Positions 26,188-39,044 of a stretch of 64,000 bases of DNA are shown piece after piece (positions within the stretch are counted from its first letter, which is position 1; each line of letters starts with the position of its first letter). The notes beneath the pieces were generated by a model that made no database searches, had not been told where the DNA came from, and saw only the letters and a program-made list of their open reading frames with translations. The stretch comes from Catajapyx aquilonaris (Eukaryota): assembly GCA_000934665.2 (NCBI GenBank), contig JYFJ02000610.1, forward strand, positions 1 to 64,000, in the 5' to 3' direction. Both the position numbers and the translations under genes were made by a program.

Positions 26188-27257
26188 TCAGATTATCACC
26201 TTCACCCTCCTGAAAATCACTATCCAACATGATGGAAATTTGTCGCTATTTCCGTGTTACTTAGGTCACTCGTAACTCATAATGACCATTTTGTCTGCAA
26301 TTGTGTTTTTGACCTCGGGGCAGTCAAGAAACCAATATCCTTAAATAGAGGTTTTTCTCAATTAAGTGGGCCTAAACGTTGCTATACCATCATGGATTCT
26401 GCTGAATAAAATCACATGTGTACACACGTATGCCACAACACTGCATATAAAGTTTCAGCCAAATTGCATAATACCGTGGGGCGGGAAAAAATCGCGAAAT
26501 CTTGGAAATGGAGCCTCTTTTTTGATAATTTTTTCGGTTAGCGGAATGACCCAACTGCAGCAATAATGACGACCCTATGTACGTTTCGTAAGCTTGTCTT
26601 TTACAGAATTCTGTCTATGTAGACGTCTTCTGCATTGTCTCACATCAAAGTGTCAACATGGACCCTCTGTTCCTTCCCCAACCCCATGCGGTTGACTAAG
26701 AGGCGATGGAAATGAATGCGAATTTGGCTCAAGTGGAGCTTCCAATTGGGGCCAAATGAAAGAGCCTAGACTAGAGGGGACCCCGAGTTAGATGGTAGGT
26801 AGGGGGCGCATGGGGTGCAAGAGGAAGAGTAGGGGGGAAAGTGGGGAAAAGCCGGACAATTCCTGATTGTCAGCCAATCAGCCATTAGGCAATGTCATCT
26901 CCCCTCTGTAGGTCCTGGCGCCGAATCCGAGTCCCGCTCATCAATCATCTGGCGGCACTGCACTAACGAGCCTCTGGGTATTAGTCACAGGGTAAAAGGG
27001 GGGAGGAGGGGGGGATGGCGGGGGGTTTCAAATTGGAGGGATGGAAAACTTTTTCGGGGAACGCGTTGCCTGCCCCCCTCTCTCTCGATTCGCGCATTCG
27101 CATCTCATCATCGGTTCTCCACTCCTGGGATTTTCACTACCAATCACTTCAATTCCCACCTCATAAATGACAACTAGCGTCATTTTAAGCGAGCCTGGGT
27201 ATTGCCCGATTGGAGAAAAACCATAATGTGCATTGCTTCATATTAGGGGACAGAATT

Positions 27258-27925
27258 AGGTTGCCCACAGTCACGAATGGAGAAATCGAGTATCACTATA
27301 TGTATGGGGTATCTAATAATCGGGTATTGTATTCAAAATTAGTCAAGGAATCTTATGAAATAAAGAATTTGTTGAAAGTGTCAACAGAAGGCCCGTTACA
27401 CATGTTTGGAAGTCTCCCCCCCCCCCCCAAAATGTCCGTTATACCAGCAGACAACGTTGCCCACAGTCACGAGTAGAGAAATCGCATATCACAATACGTG
27501 TCGGATATCACAGAATCAGGTATTATCTTCAACATGTGCCAGGGAATCTTATGAAACAGAATTTTGTGATAATATCCCCCAAAAGGTCCGTTACACCAGG
27601 ACTTTGCTAGGCGTCCAGCCGACAGTTGCCTACAGTCAGAAGTAGAAAAATAAGAGTATCCCTATCGGGTGTCAAAGAATCACGTCTTATCTTCGAGATG
27701 AGTCAGAGGCTCTTATGAAACCATTTTTAAAAATCTCCTTCAAAATGTCCGTTACACCCGACTATTGTCCAGCCGGCAGGGTTGCCCACAGTCACGAGTG
27801 GAGAAATCATGTATCTCTGTGAGTGTCAGTTACCTCAGAATCAGGTCGTACATTCAAAATGAGTCAGAGGATCTTATGAAACAAAAAATATTTTGAAAGT
27901 GTCAACATAAGGCCCAGTTACACCA
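27258..27925. repeat. degenerate tandem repeat (~160-195 bp, 4 units)
   Basis: GTTGCC.ACAGTCA...TCTTATGAAA...CC.GTTACAC recurs at ~27261, 27456, 27625 and 27781. Confidence 0.82.
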
Positions 27926-28907
27926 GTCCATTGTTAGCCATCCAACGGAATCTGTTTTCGGTCGTTGTCAACTTGTTTTCCCGACTAATTAATCCCAGCC
28001 CGTCTTCGATACAACTTGGCATGTCTTAGTGTAAACCCGGTCCAAAGCCTAGTGTAAACACGTCCACATAGCGCACCCGTCGTAAACGGGTTGGGAGCTC
28101 TATCTGGTGGGCATTAGAAACTGCGCATTTGTTGGGTGGGTCAGCGGTCGCCAGCCATTTCCCTTTCAAATTAAAGCTTGGGACAAGGGGAAATGGGTTG
28201 CGGAGTCTACCGGGGAGATTACTATTCAAGATCATTGTTTACACAAGCAAACGCCCCCACGGGGAACATTTGCTGCCCGTTCCCACTTACGCCACACTTT
28301 ATGTTCCTGTTCTCCCCATTAACCGAACTCAAATCCCTCTGTATTATTGGATATCGCCCCACTGAAAAATTTTCTGGTGTTACGTGACCCCATGCAATTG
28401 TCCTTGCCTGCAAGGCGAGCGACAGCAGCAATTAATGCAATCGATGGTAATTATCCCTGTAATCTTCAACGTCTGGCGCAAAAATTAGCAATGGCCGCCG
28501 CCCCCCTATATAAAAAACTGAGTTTAATTTTCTTAATGAGCGGCAGTTTGCAGGAAAAGTATCGCAGCATTACTTTCTCTTCATACTAATCATGATTGAT
28601 GAACAAAAGGGGAAGAGGAAAAGGCCTCAACCGTGATAACGACGTGATACGGACGAAAAATGAGGAAAGCTTAGCATTTCATCAATGAACAATGGACCGA
28701 CGCATATTGAACGTCGCTGAAGATAGCCTGCGTTTCGACAAGCAATATTTTCTCGGGTATGATGCAGACATATGACTCGATGCATTAATCTTATGGGAAG
28801 GGGAGCGTCTTGTATAAATAAACAGGCTCAGCTGGACCCGGCATTGCAGTACCCCCCCCCCACTTCCACGTCCATCTGTGATACATGTTGTAAACAAACA
28901 AACAAGT

Positions 28908-29130
28908 GGGTGTTGACTAAGCGACCTCTGTGATGCCGTATTTCAAGCTTAGAAACAGTTAGAAGCCATTAGAAACTGTAAGAAACTGTAAGAAACTGTT
29001 AGAAATCGTTAAAAACTGTTAGAGATCGTTAAAAACAGTTAAGAACCGTTAAAAACTGTTAGGAACCGTTAGAAACGGTTAGAAGCCGTTACAAACCGTT
29101 AGAAATGGTTAGAACCGTTAGAACCGTTAC
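28908..29130 (+). repeat. (AACCGTTAGA)n minisatellite with a conserved leader
   Basis: Leader TGGGTGTTG.CTA..GCGACCTCT..GTGATG.CGT.TTT.AAGCTTA is shared with ~30890 and, on the minus strand, ~47505-47550. Confidence 0.75.
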
Positions 29131-29981
29131 CACTTGACCACAACATGTGTTATTCAACCCCATTTTAATTATGGCAGCAAATTTTGACCCACTTTCAAGC
29201 TGACTGATGTCATAGAGACAATCTAGGGGGTTTGTTTTTCCAAATGCATAGTGTCTCTGGGAGGAAGAAAATTTGCATAACGTTCTGAGGCTTTCCTTTC
29301 CAGCTCGGATTTCTCCAGTGTTCCAACATGAATGCCTAGTAAAGCAGACTAAATGGGCTTCTGCGCGTTTCCATTTCCGTTGGATTTAGGTTGGACAGTC
29401 TTTGCACTTCGTCCGGATGGTATGTTTGGTAATTCAAAATAACGAATGTCCAGTTAGAAAGATATACAAAAACAAATCAACGAAGCGCAAATACGTGAAC
29501 GTGTATGCAAAAAAAAAGGGTGGTAACGAGAGCGGACTAACTATGGGCTGGAGAAATGTGGTTATGAAACTATGTGAATCTAGCAAGTGTGTACTGCATT
29601 CACAATTTGCAAATCATTTGCATTGTATACATTTGGTGTAGAGAAGTTTGAAAAATTTACTCCCACTGAATATATTTTTACATATAAATTTTTAGTCATT
29701 ATTTCATATCACTTGAAGCAGTGTTTGACTCTTGGTGAACGGGGGCAGTTTCTTTTACTGTGCCGAAAATCCAGTATGGTACGATCAGAAACGAATGGTG
29801 CAATGGTATATTTCACCATGGAAACTTCAAGCCCTCGCCATGAAAATTTCATTTGGTTTGCCGGAACTACCTGACACCCTGCCCACCCATGTTCCTAGCC
29901 TCATGGGATGAGCCTACACTTGCTCTAAATAAACCAGGACCTTAATTTCTATTATTTTGGGCACACTATTTTATTCACATA

Positions 29982-30012
29982 CTATAGCTGCGATACCCGT
30001 TCTTCGCACGGG
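29982..30012 (-). mobile_element. Helitron-like 3' terminus (hairpin plus CTATAG)
   Basis: Minus strand reads CCCGTGCGAAGAACGGG-TATCGCAG-CTATAG|T, the same architecture as 11236-11265. Confidence 0.5.
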
Positions 30013-30860
30013 GAATAAAAGCATTCATATTTATACAGAGAACTTTTCAGGCAATCAGGCATTATTAAAAGCAATTGCTCATTCCCTTGCATATGCAAGC
30101 AATGGAAGGATGTACAAATTCTGGTTTGTTCTTGAATAATGATAATGCTTGGAAAGACCTCTGTATAAATCTGAACGCTTTTTCCCCCGTGTGTTATAGG
30201 TCAACGAACCCATACTTTTCAGCTTCCACAATCATATCGTCAGTATACATTTTTATATAAAAATTAATTTTGTATTTCATCCATATAATCGATGAACCCG
30301 CTAAGTTTGTAGAAGTTGCAGATGGCTTAAAGTTTCACCAAGATGCCCTTAATCCTTCCAACTTCATCCACCAAATAGTGCAAGGTAGCTTAACCACTAA
30401 GCACCACTTCTAAAATATGCATAAGCATAAGCGTTATTCCCATGCAAAACAATAATCTCCGTTCCTATCTATCCCCATCTCATGTCTCACCTCAAACTAG
30501 GACAAAGTCATCCAAAGTGTCCCCTTTCCCTCGCACAAGGTTAGTCACCATGCAAAGAGCAGGACGAGACATCGCGGAGGCCATTTTATTATTCAGACGA
30601 CCCCCCGTCTTCTCCTCCCACTTCGAGGTCTCCTGGACCAACAAGCCCAGGGCTTCATTTGCTATCCAAATAATTCCTGGTGAGTTTCCTCAGCCATGGC
30701 TCGTTTCCACTTTCCCGTGAGTTCTCACCTGAGCCCCCCTTGCGAAAACCGTCTCTCGACCCCAATATTCAGAAGCTTCAGGACAATGGGATGGAACCCA
30801 CTCGTAGGAAATCTCATAATTTCTGCAGCTTCCTGTACACCTGACTTGCAATATTATTTG

Positions 30861-32226
30861 CACTCAACCCTGGTCATTTTGACTCGGCGTGGGTGTTGCC
30901 TACAGCGACCTCTATCTGTGATGGCGTCTTTAAAGCTTATGAACCGTTAGGACCGTTAAAATAGTTAGAGACGGTTATAAACCGTTAAAACTGTACGAAA
31001 CTGGAGTAGGGAGGCATGGTAATCTAGTGGTTACGCCACTGGCCAGCCAAGCTGGAGGCAGGGGTTCAAATCCCGTCCCCGTCACCTCTGCTGGGGCGGG
31101 TCTTTTTCCCCTTTTCACCCGACATGCCGGGGCTGAATTGCACTTCCTACTCTGCCCAGGGCCAGGAGAAAAAGTCTGGTGTATTTCACAGAGTCAGAAA
31201 TGACTAAAAATTACAGCGCCCTCCCTTGGGAACCTCCCCTTCCCCCCTAAGAGGGCTCCACCCACGGGGCAGTTTAAAAAAATGTAAGAAACCGTTAGAA
31301 CCGTTAGAGATGGTTATAAACCGTTAGAACAGTTAGAGGTGGTTATAAACCGTTAGAACTGTAAGAAACCGTAAGAACAGTTAGAGACGGCTATAAACCG
31401 TTAGAACTGTAAGAAACCGTAAGAACAGTTAGAGACGGTTATACAGTACATCGTTAGAACCGTCAAGACAGTTAGAAACCGTTAGAGACTGTTATAAACC
31501 GCTAGAAACTAAGAAACTGTTAGAACAAAAAGCGACGGTTATACATCGTTAGAACCGTTAGAACAGTTAGAGATGGTTATAAACCGTTAAAACTGTATGA
31601 AACTGTAAGAAACCGTAAGAACAGTTAGAGACGGTTATACAGTACATCGTTAGAACCGTCAAGACAGTTAGAAACCGTTAGAGACTGTTATAAAGCGTTA
31701 GAAACTGAGAAACTGTTAGAACAATTAGCGACGGTTATACATCGTTAGAACAGTTAGAAACCGTTAGAGACTTACAAAAGCGTGAGAAACTAAGAAACTG
31801 TTAGACCAATTAGCGACGGTTATACATCGTTAGAACCGTTAGAACAGTTAGAAACCGTTAGAGACTGCTACAAAAGCGTTAGAAACTAAGAAACTGTTAG
31901 AACAGTTAGAGGTGGTTATAAAGCGTTAGAACGGATAAACAGACTGTAAGAAACTTTAAGTAACTAGAAGAAATTGTAAGAAACTGTAGTAAGAAACCAT
32001 TGAAACCATTAGAAATCGTCAGAGACTGGTAATATCTGTAAGAAACCGTTGAAACCGTTAGAAATCGTCAGAGACTGGTAATATCTGTAAGAAACCGTTA
32101 GAAATCGTCAGAGACTGGTAATATCTGTAAGAAACCGTTGAAACCGTTAGAAATCGTCAGAGACTGGTAATATCTGTAAGAAACCGTTGAAACCGTTAGA
32201 AATCGTTAGAAACCGTCCAGAACAGT
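30861..32226 (+). repeat. large (AACCGTTAGA)n minisatellite element with a conserved leader, interrupted by a SINE
   Basis: Leader CACTCAACCC...GCGACCTCT...GGCGTCTTT.AAGCTTA, then ~1 kb of 9-10-bp units with higher-order duplications. Confidence 0.85.
31009..31282 (+). mobile_element. full-length tRNA-derived SINE (family A)
   Basis: Pol III A-box-like TGGTAATCTAGTGG, B-box GGTTCAAATCCC, conserved body and A-rich tail. Four copies in the window (2587, 31009, 41466, 61051). Confidence 0.9.
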
Positions 32227-33185
32227 TGCATACATTGAATTAGCCTACACTATTTTTTTTGAAGAAGGATCACACTTACAGCAAATATCCCCAGGGTACC
32301 AAAATCTCATAATGCAATTTTTGTGCCAATGAACCTTTAGTAAACGCAATAATGCACGAGAGGGGAATCACATTGCGCTTAATAAATCGGATTTACATCC
32401 TTTCTGGCGACGGTTCATAGTGTTAAACTCATTGTGGTTTGTTAATGAATGAACACTACAAGCATTACTAGAGTTAGATCCCCCTAATAATGGAAAACTT
32501 CTCTAAAAAAAATTTGGCTGAAAAAAGGGTCAAGTAGTGTAGAAATGACAATACGAAAGACGCACTTGAAGCGATTGTGACTGCTTGAGGCACAAAAATG
32601 GAAAGTTCGGAGACCTCCATTTTCCCAAGAGGCATACTCAAGTGCTTTAGAAGCACTCATCTAAAATCCAGACTTTTCCCCTCCCCCTTTTGCCTCAAAA
32701 AAGCACATCTACATAAAGAGAAGTGACCGTGGGTTTTTTTTAGAAGAGGGGAAAAAATCAATGTAAGAAGTCTCTTCAGAGGAGAGGAAAAAATTGCCTT
32801 CCCATCTTCCCCTCTTCTCTTTATTCATCACACATCAAAGGAGCTTTTCCGATTGCCATTTCTGGTCATCCTTCTGAAAAAACGCCGCCAATAACGCCGC
32901 AAATATTTGACACAAACGATCAAAATGTCCTAGTAATGAAATGGCTCAAGCTCCGGACCTGAATCGCATTTTAAGAGGCTGGTTTTAATATTTTATCGTA
33001 TTTAAATAATTTAGTAAGCACTTTAAGTCATACTTTATTTACATGTGTGCTGAGTGTTCTCGAATAATCCAGATAATTGATTATCTTAATAATTATATAA
33101 TATCTTCCCCCCGATGGTGTCCCCATATCTTGCCATGGTGGTGGGATTGTGTTTCTAACGGTTTCTAACGGTTTCTAACCGTCTC

Positions 33186-33728
33186 CAGTGACGGACCCCC
33201 CCGAACTCTTGTGGATTTTTTTTATATATCATGTTTTCAAAGTTCCCATGAACATAGCAGTTTTAGCATTGGAATTTTTGACATGCCTTCCCGGCAACAG
33301 ACTTCCGTCCAATTGGCTCGTATGGGATGTTTTGATTACATACTGTATACCAGTGGCGGATCCAGGGGGGCGGTGGGGCGACCCCCCCCCCCCCCGAGAA
33401 ACCTATAGGCTATTATCAAAGAATCGGTGAAAATTACTAATTCCTGATTTTTTGGGGGAATGGTGCTACCAATCTCATCAAATACACACCTATTCATTTC
33501 TCCCACATTCACCTAAGCTGGTGTGACTTTCAACCCAAAAAATTCGCATACGGCGGGCCTCCTCCCGGTCCTTTTCGGTTTATCCCCCCCCCCCTCCCCC
33601 TAAAACTTGTGCTGGATCCGCCACTGCTGCATACGCAGTGGAAGTCGACACACTGCGCATATCAATTACCTCTCTTCGTTGATTGCGCCCCTCCCCCCCT
33701 CCGAACTGAAATCTTGGCTACATCACTG
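33186..33728. mobile_element. hAT-type MITE (outer element of a nest)
   Basis: CAGTGA...TCACTG termini. Perfect 8-bp TSD ACCGTCTC (33178-33185, 33729-33736). Confidence 0.8.
33351..33626. mobile_element. hAT-type MITE (inner element of a nest)
   Basis: 15-bp perfect TIR CAGTGGCGGATCCAG / CTGGATCCGCCACTG. TSD CTGTATAC / CTGCATAC. Confidence 0.88.
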
Positions 33729-34652
33729 ACCGTCTCTAACGGTTTCTAACGGTTGTAACGGTTTCTATGCCATCTATTTCATTATCACCTCATCCATTAT
33801 GCTCTCTGCGTGCCCTGACCCGTCACCAGAGGGTTTATTTTATCGGTCAAACAAGATGGCCAGATGCATGTATCGGGTCATCACTGGCCACACCTTATTG
33901 GGATCAAGGATATGATGAATATGAATATATATGAATGAATGTAACGGCTTCTAACGGCTCTAACGGTTCCTAACGGGTTCTAACTGTCTCTAACGGTTCC
34001 TAACAGCTTCTAACAGCTCTAACGGTTCCTAATAGTTTCTAACAGTTCTAACGGTTCCTAACAGCTCTAACGGTTCCTAACGGTTTCTAAACTTTAAAGA
34101 CGCCAACAGCTATCAGTCATTAGCTATTCCGGTGGTAGCTTCGTCTACTGGCATGGTCTTCTGATAGCCAGATACCCCTTGCTTTGGCTCCTTCCCGGTA
34201 AAACCAAACCAACTATATAATTTCCTGAAAGAATTCATGCAGATTGATTTACCAGCCTTTAATTTTCTCGCATTTAATTACTCCCTATCTGACGACGTCC
34301 ACACGAATTAAGACGTCATTCATACTCCAGAGCTCTTAGCAGCCAAATATTTTTGCAATCGTCCATGTGGGAAACTTGACCAGGCGGTGCATGCAAGACT
34401 TCGTGATCTCCGGCACTTTCTTCTCTAGACCTTACTCCCTGCTTTATATCAATCAGTCATGATGCTAATTGATGCAAAAGGGAGGGTATAAGGAAGGAAT
34501 GCAGGAGGTTGCTGACCTCCAACGGGTCAGGTTTGGGAGGGTGGTGGGGGGATAATTTGACGCTATCTCCTTTGGAAGTCGCGTGACTCGAACCTTTTCT
34601 CTCGAATTTGCTTACTGGAATTATCTGCCGGAAGTTAAGAGCTTCTTCAGTC

Positions 34653-36098
34653 ATATTTTGTAGCCAGTGGAGCCGTTGGAGGGTTCAACCGACGCGCGGT
34701 ATGGCGGGCTAGGTAGCGTGACGTCACAATAACGGTCCGATTGCTTATAACGGCTTTTACGGTGCGACTTTTGGCTTTAAAATTTTAATTTTAATTTTAA
34801 ATGACTCTAACAGATAGTATTTAACCTCTAGGCTGTAGGTGAACACCGTTCATCATAGGGTCGTGAAAGAATGATGCGCAACCACGATTTTTTAACAAAT
34901 TCTGCGGACTCTACCACTGCAGTATAACACGTAAATCTCTACAATGTGGCAAAATTTACCACCACCCCCTGCTATTACCGCACTGTGTTAGTGGTACTTC
35001 ATATCTGGCACGAGAGTCAGAGAGTCGGGCCAAAATAGGGTGCTGGATGGCAGTTGAGTGGCCTGGGCAAAAATTCGGGTTGACTTGTAACGCGAATTTT
35101 CCCCGAGACAAATCCCCGCCCGCTAGTGGTTAGAAGCGGGAAAAATAGAGTCGGAGCTATGAAAAATGCAAAGCATTATCAAAGGGGGCAATTCGCCGCG
35201 AGGGCTAGACGGGAATCATAGAAAAAAAAAATCTAGTTATGAAAGCAAACGATCTGCCCTTATTACTTCTACTAAATTTTCTTCTTCCACTAGATGACAC
35301 CCTAGGGCTGAGTGAGGGCCATTTTGGGACGCCATTTTTGTCAATGTCAACGGTTTTCCACAGGTTGAAAATTTAAGTCATTTAAAAAAATATATTAAAG
35401 TCAAAACTCACTCCATACAAGCCGTTAGAATCAATTGGACCCGAAGGATTACCCACTCTGGTGTACACTTCGTTTGGTAAGTCTGGTAATCATGTAGCAA
35501 TCATAGGTAATCATGATTATCATAAGTACGTAAAATCATAGGAAATCTCAAAATACTATCTTGTAAACATAAGATAATCATAAGGTCTGGATCATAAGGT
35601 AATAATGTGTAATCATTGCGTAATAATGTGTAATCCTTATGTAATCAGAGTAATAATTGGTAATCTTAAGATAATATAATGTAATCATAGGGTAATCAGG
35701 GTAATATAATGTAATCGTAGGGTAATATGGGTAATAATGAGTAATCATAAGGTAATACATGGTAATCACAGGGTTATCTGGGTAATAATGGGTAATAATA
35801 AGGTAGTATAATGTAATCGTAGGGTAATCAGGGTAATCATGAGCAATCATAAGGTAATATCATGTAATCAGGGAGTAATCCTAAAGTTATTTGTTATTTT
35901 TTTATTTAACCTGTTAGAGTGATGAGCCCCTTTAGGGGGAAATCCTAAAGTAATATAATGGTAATCTAAGGGTATTCAAGGGTAATCATGATGTACACTT
36001 ATTATAGGAGTGACTGGACCTGACCCTTGTTGTGATGTCGCGCTACCTAGCCCGCCTCGCCGCGCGGAGTAGCGCACACTCCACTGGCTACAAAATAT
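34653..36098. mobile_element. putative composite DNA element bounded by ~75-bp inverted repeats
   Basis: ATATTTTGTAGCCAGTGGAG...CGCGCGG..GGCGGGCTAGGTAGCG.GAC.TCACAA at 34653-34730 is inverted at 36027-36098. TSD unclear. Confidence 0.55.
35442..36012 (+). mobile_element. hAT-type MITE with a GTAATCAT minisatellite (right TIR truncated)
   Basis: Left end CGAAGGATTACCCACTCTGGTGTACAC. Flanks ATTGGACC / ACTGGACC. Confidence 0.7.
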
Positions 36099-36640
36099 TA
36101 TGAATGACGACTAGTTTGTAATGAAGTGTTAAGCCTACATATTCCCGGAAAAACAAATCCATCAGACGTATGTCAGTGCCCCCTATCTACAACCATCTCT
36201 CGTTTCCTCCATGTTTTTTTATCCGGGGTTATATTCCGGAGGTCGTCAGATATGCGTGGGGTGGGCAATCCGGAGCAGCCCCCTTGCCATTCCATGTGTG
36301 CACCCTCCCAGGACATAAATCCGGTTATTAAAAGTGCCATCCGGCAGCGTCCGGACTCCCTCCTACAGTAATAATACTAATACCAAAAAAGTGGCGAGGG
36401 AACGAGAGGACCGGACGCACATGTCAGGTCTGAAATATTGATATGGAATTTTGTCCCACATTTTCCAAACGGGGAAGGGAATGTAAGCATCGGGGGGTGC
36501 TACAGGAAATATAGGGAGACGTGAAGTTGTGAAATTTAATTATTTAAAAGGGGTGAGTGATTTTAGTAATGTACTGTACGTAGGAACGAGAATGAGGGGT
36601 TGAATTACGTATTGAATGTAAACGGAATGAAAGGTGTGAC

Positions 36641-37180
36641 ACCTATTCGTTTGGTAATCCTGGTAATCATGTAGAAATCATAGGTAATCATGATAATCAT
36701 AAGCACGCAATCGTAGAAAATCTCAAAATAATTATAAGGTAATACAGTGTAATCATAAGGCAATCAGGGCAATAATTGGTAATCATAAGGTAAGTTTCAG
36801 GGCAATTATTGGTAATCATACGTAAATACCGTGTAATCATAAGAAAATATAATGTAAACATAAAGTAATCTGGGTAATAATGAGTAATCATAAAGTAATC
36901 TGGGTAATAATGAGTAATCATAAAGTAATCAGGGTAATAATGAGTAATCATAAAGTAATCAGGGTAATAATGATAATCATAAGTAAATACAGTATAATCA
37001 TAAGTACAGTAAATACGGTGTAAACAGAAAGGTCATCTGGGTAATAATGAATAATCATAAGGAAATACAGTGTAATCCTAAGGTGATCTGGGTAATCATT
37101 GGGGAATCAGGCGGGTTATCATAAGGTAATCTAGGATAATCATGGTGTAGGCTACACTTAGGAGAGTGGGTAACCCCTTG
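36641..37180 (+). mobile_element. hAT-type MITE with a GTAATCAT minisatellite (left TIR truncated)
   Basis: Right end GAGAGTGGGTAACCCCTTG. Perfect 8-bp TSD GGTGTGAC (36633-36640, 37181-37188). Confidence 0.8.
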
Positions 37181-38729
37181 GGTGTGACTCAGGTGTGTTT
37201 TCAAAATTTTATCAAAAACATTTTTATAAATAAGATAAATGATACCAAATTAAACACAATTGTACGAAATTACTTGCTAGAAATAAATGGGGTGAATAGG
37301 AACAGAATTTAACGGTTTTTTTTTGTAAATATCTCAAAATTGTACAATTTCACATGGTTTTTAAAAATAAAAATGCTGCTGATTGTTATGAAATTTCACC
37401 TTAATATTTCACCGCATAATATTGTTAAATGAATTTTTATAAATTTAAAAATTGTCCCCCATTCACCTGAAAATACAGTGAATAGGGACATCCACTTTTT
37501 AACATGAAATCTTATTTTAAACATTGAATAGTTCAAAAATATGGCTAAATTATATTTTCTATGTTTAACACATTTTAACACATTTTCACAAACAGGTATA
37601 TGAGGAATAAAATGACCTTATTACGACCCTGGCATTTTCCGGTGTACGTGGTCTACTCCATTGCTTTTTAAATTTCATTGACTGTAATTTTTCGGGTTTA
37701 AGCTACTGTACACCACCCTCAGGGCATACCCTTTGTGGTCTCATGACTTATTTAGATTATCACCCCTATATCCTTAAATTTTCCCTGTTCCCCATATTTT
37801 TAAGGGTCGCCCCTACTCATGCAAGTACTGTACATTGTGCCCACATGTACCGTCTCCATCCCACGCTTTCCTCTGTAATATTCATCAGAACACCGAGACT
37901 CATCATCTAAATAAACACTAACACGACAGTACAAACACGTCCTAGCCATTTGCAGGCTCTTTTGCATATGCGTTGAGAAGGCGCGAACGTTTGTCATTTT
38001 GCCCGTAAGACCTGCCTTTTACCGTCGTCTGTCATACACCGGATGAGTCAACAGTATACCACCTGTAAATCCTTAATGTAACGGTCTCTCTGCCATGCCA
38101 ACGGTTTCTGTGTCAACGGTCTTTGGAGCCGCCATCTTTGTGCCTTCACCACATGCATTTTTCAAACAAAAGGAGTTTATGTTTCCCACAACTACATACT
38201 CCCTATCTCACTTAGGTTTATAGACTTGGTTACGGGGTTATACCTTTTGAAGACGGATGGCCGATTTGGACCTTGCAAACTGCTGGTGGAAGAAAGAGTC
38301 TAACTCAAAATGTGACTGTTTACTACCGCAGTTTGTTTCCAAAAGTGCTTTCGCCAACGACAAAAGTTCAGTCGACTGTTTGTATGGTCAGCATCAGAGG
38401 TCCTGACAAGTTTGACTATTGCAGAATACTTTAAACGCTACTGATTGACCATATGGCTCTCTTCAAAATACGAAAACACTTGAAGCTATGAGTTTCGACC
38501 GGTGTAATCATCATAAAAAAGCACTCTCTATTGCGCTCTAAAAACAGCAATGCAGTATCTCACATTATGGCTGCAAAATGGACGTACAATGTGAATTTTG
38601 ATTAAGAGTATCAGACTCTGGTAATTTATCATTAGGATGTGGGGGTCTGTAATATTGCTATAAAACTGTTATGAATTGTGATGTAACACGCCTCTTAGGT
38701 GATGAGAACGTACATAAATTTCCGTTACC

Positions 38730-38944
38730 CAAGGGGTTAGCAACTCCCTGGAACAGGTGTACGCACTGGCCAAGGAACTAGGTGGAACCGGCTTGGAACC
38801 AGCATGGAACCGGCCTGGAACCGGATGGAACCGGATGGAACCGGATGGAACCGGATGGAACCGGATGGAACCGGATGGAACCGGATGGAACCTCCCGGTT
38901 CCAGGATCTGGTGTACACTTTTTTGAGGAGTTGCTAACCCCTTG
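38730..38944. mobile_element. hAT-type MITE (CAAGGGGTTAGCAACTCC TIR) with a (GGAACCGGAT)n expansion
   Basis: 18-bp perfect TIR. Perfect TSD CCGTTACC (38722-38729, 38945-38952). Opposite orientation to 9424-9599. Confidence 0.93.
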
Positions 38945-39044
38945 CCGTTACCTAAATACAACTGTCCCTATGGTACTTGTGAGATCACCCACGCTGAGGC
39001 GCCAATGTAAGATCTGACCTCCAGTTCATCACTCCTGACCCAGT

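Larger units (their letters stand above)
33150..34108 (-). repeat. (TCTAACGGTT)n minisatellite, fragmented by insertions
   Basis: Arrays at 33150-33185, 33729-33768 and 33942-34090, plus a leader remnant TTTAAAGACGCCA at ~34093. Confidence 0.65.

Noticed and set aside
31009..31085. SINE heads as real tRNA genes (also 41665-41739, 61051-61130, 58730-58805)
   Set aside because: The stems are imperfect and the heads run into multi-copy bodies and tails with no terminator.
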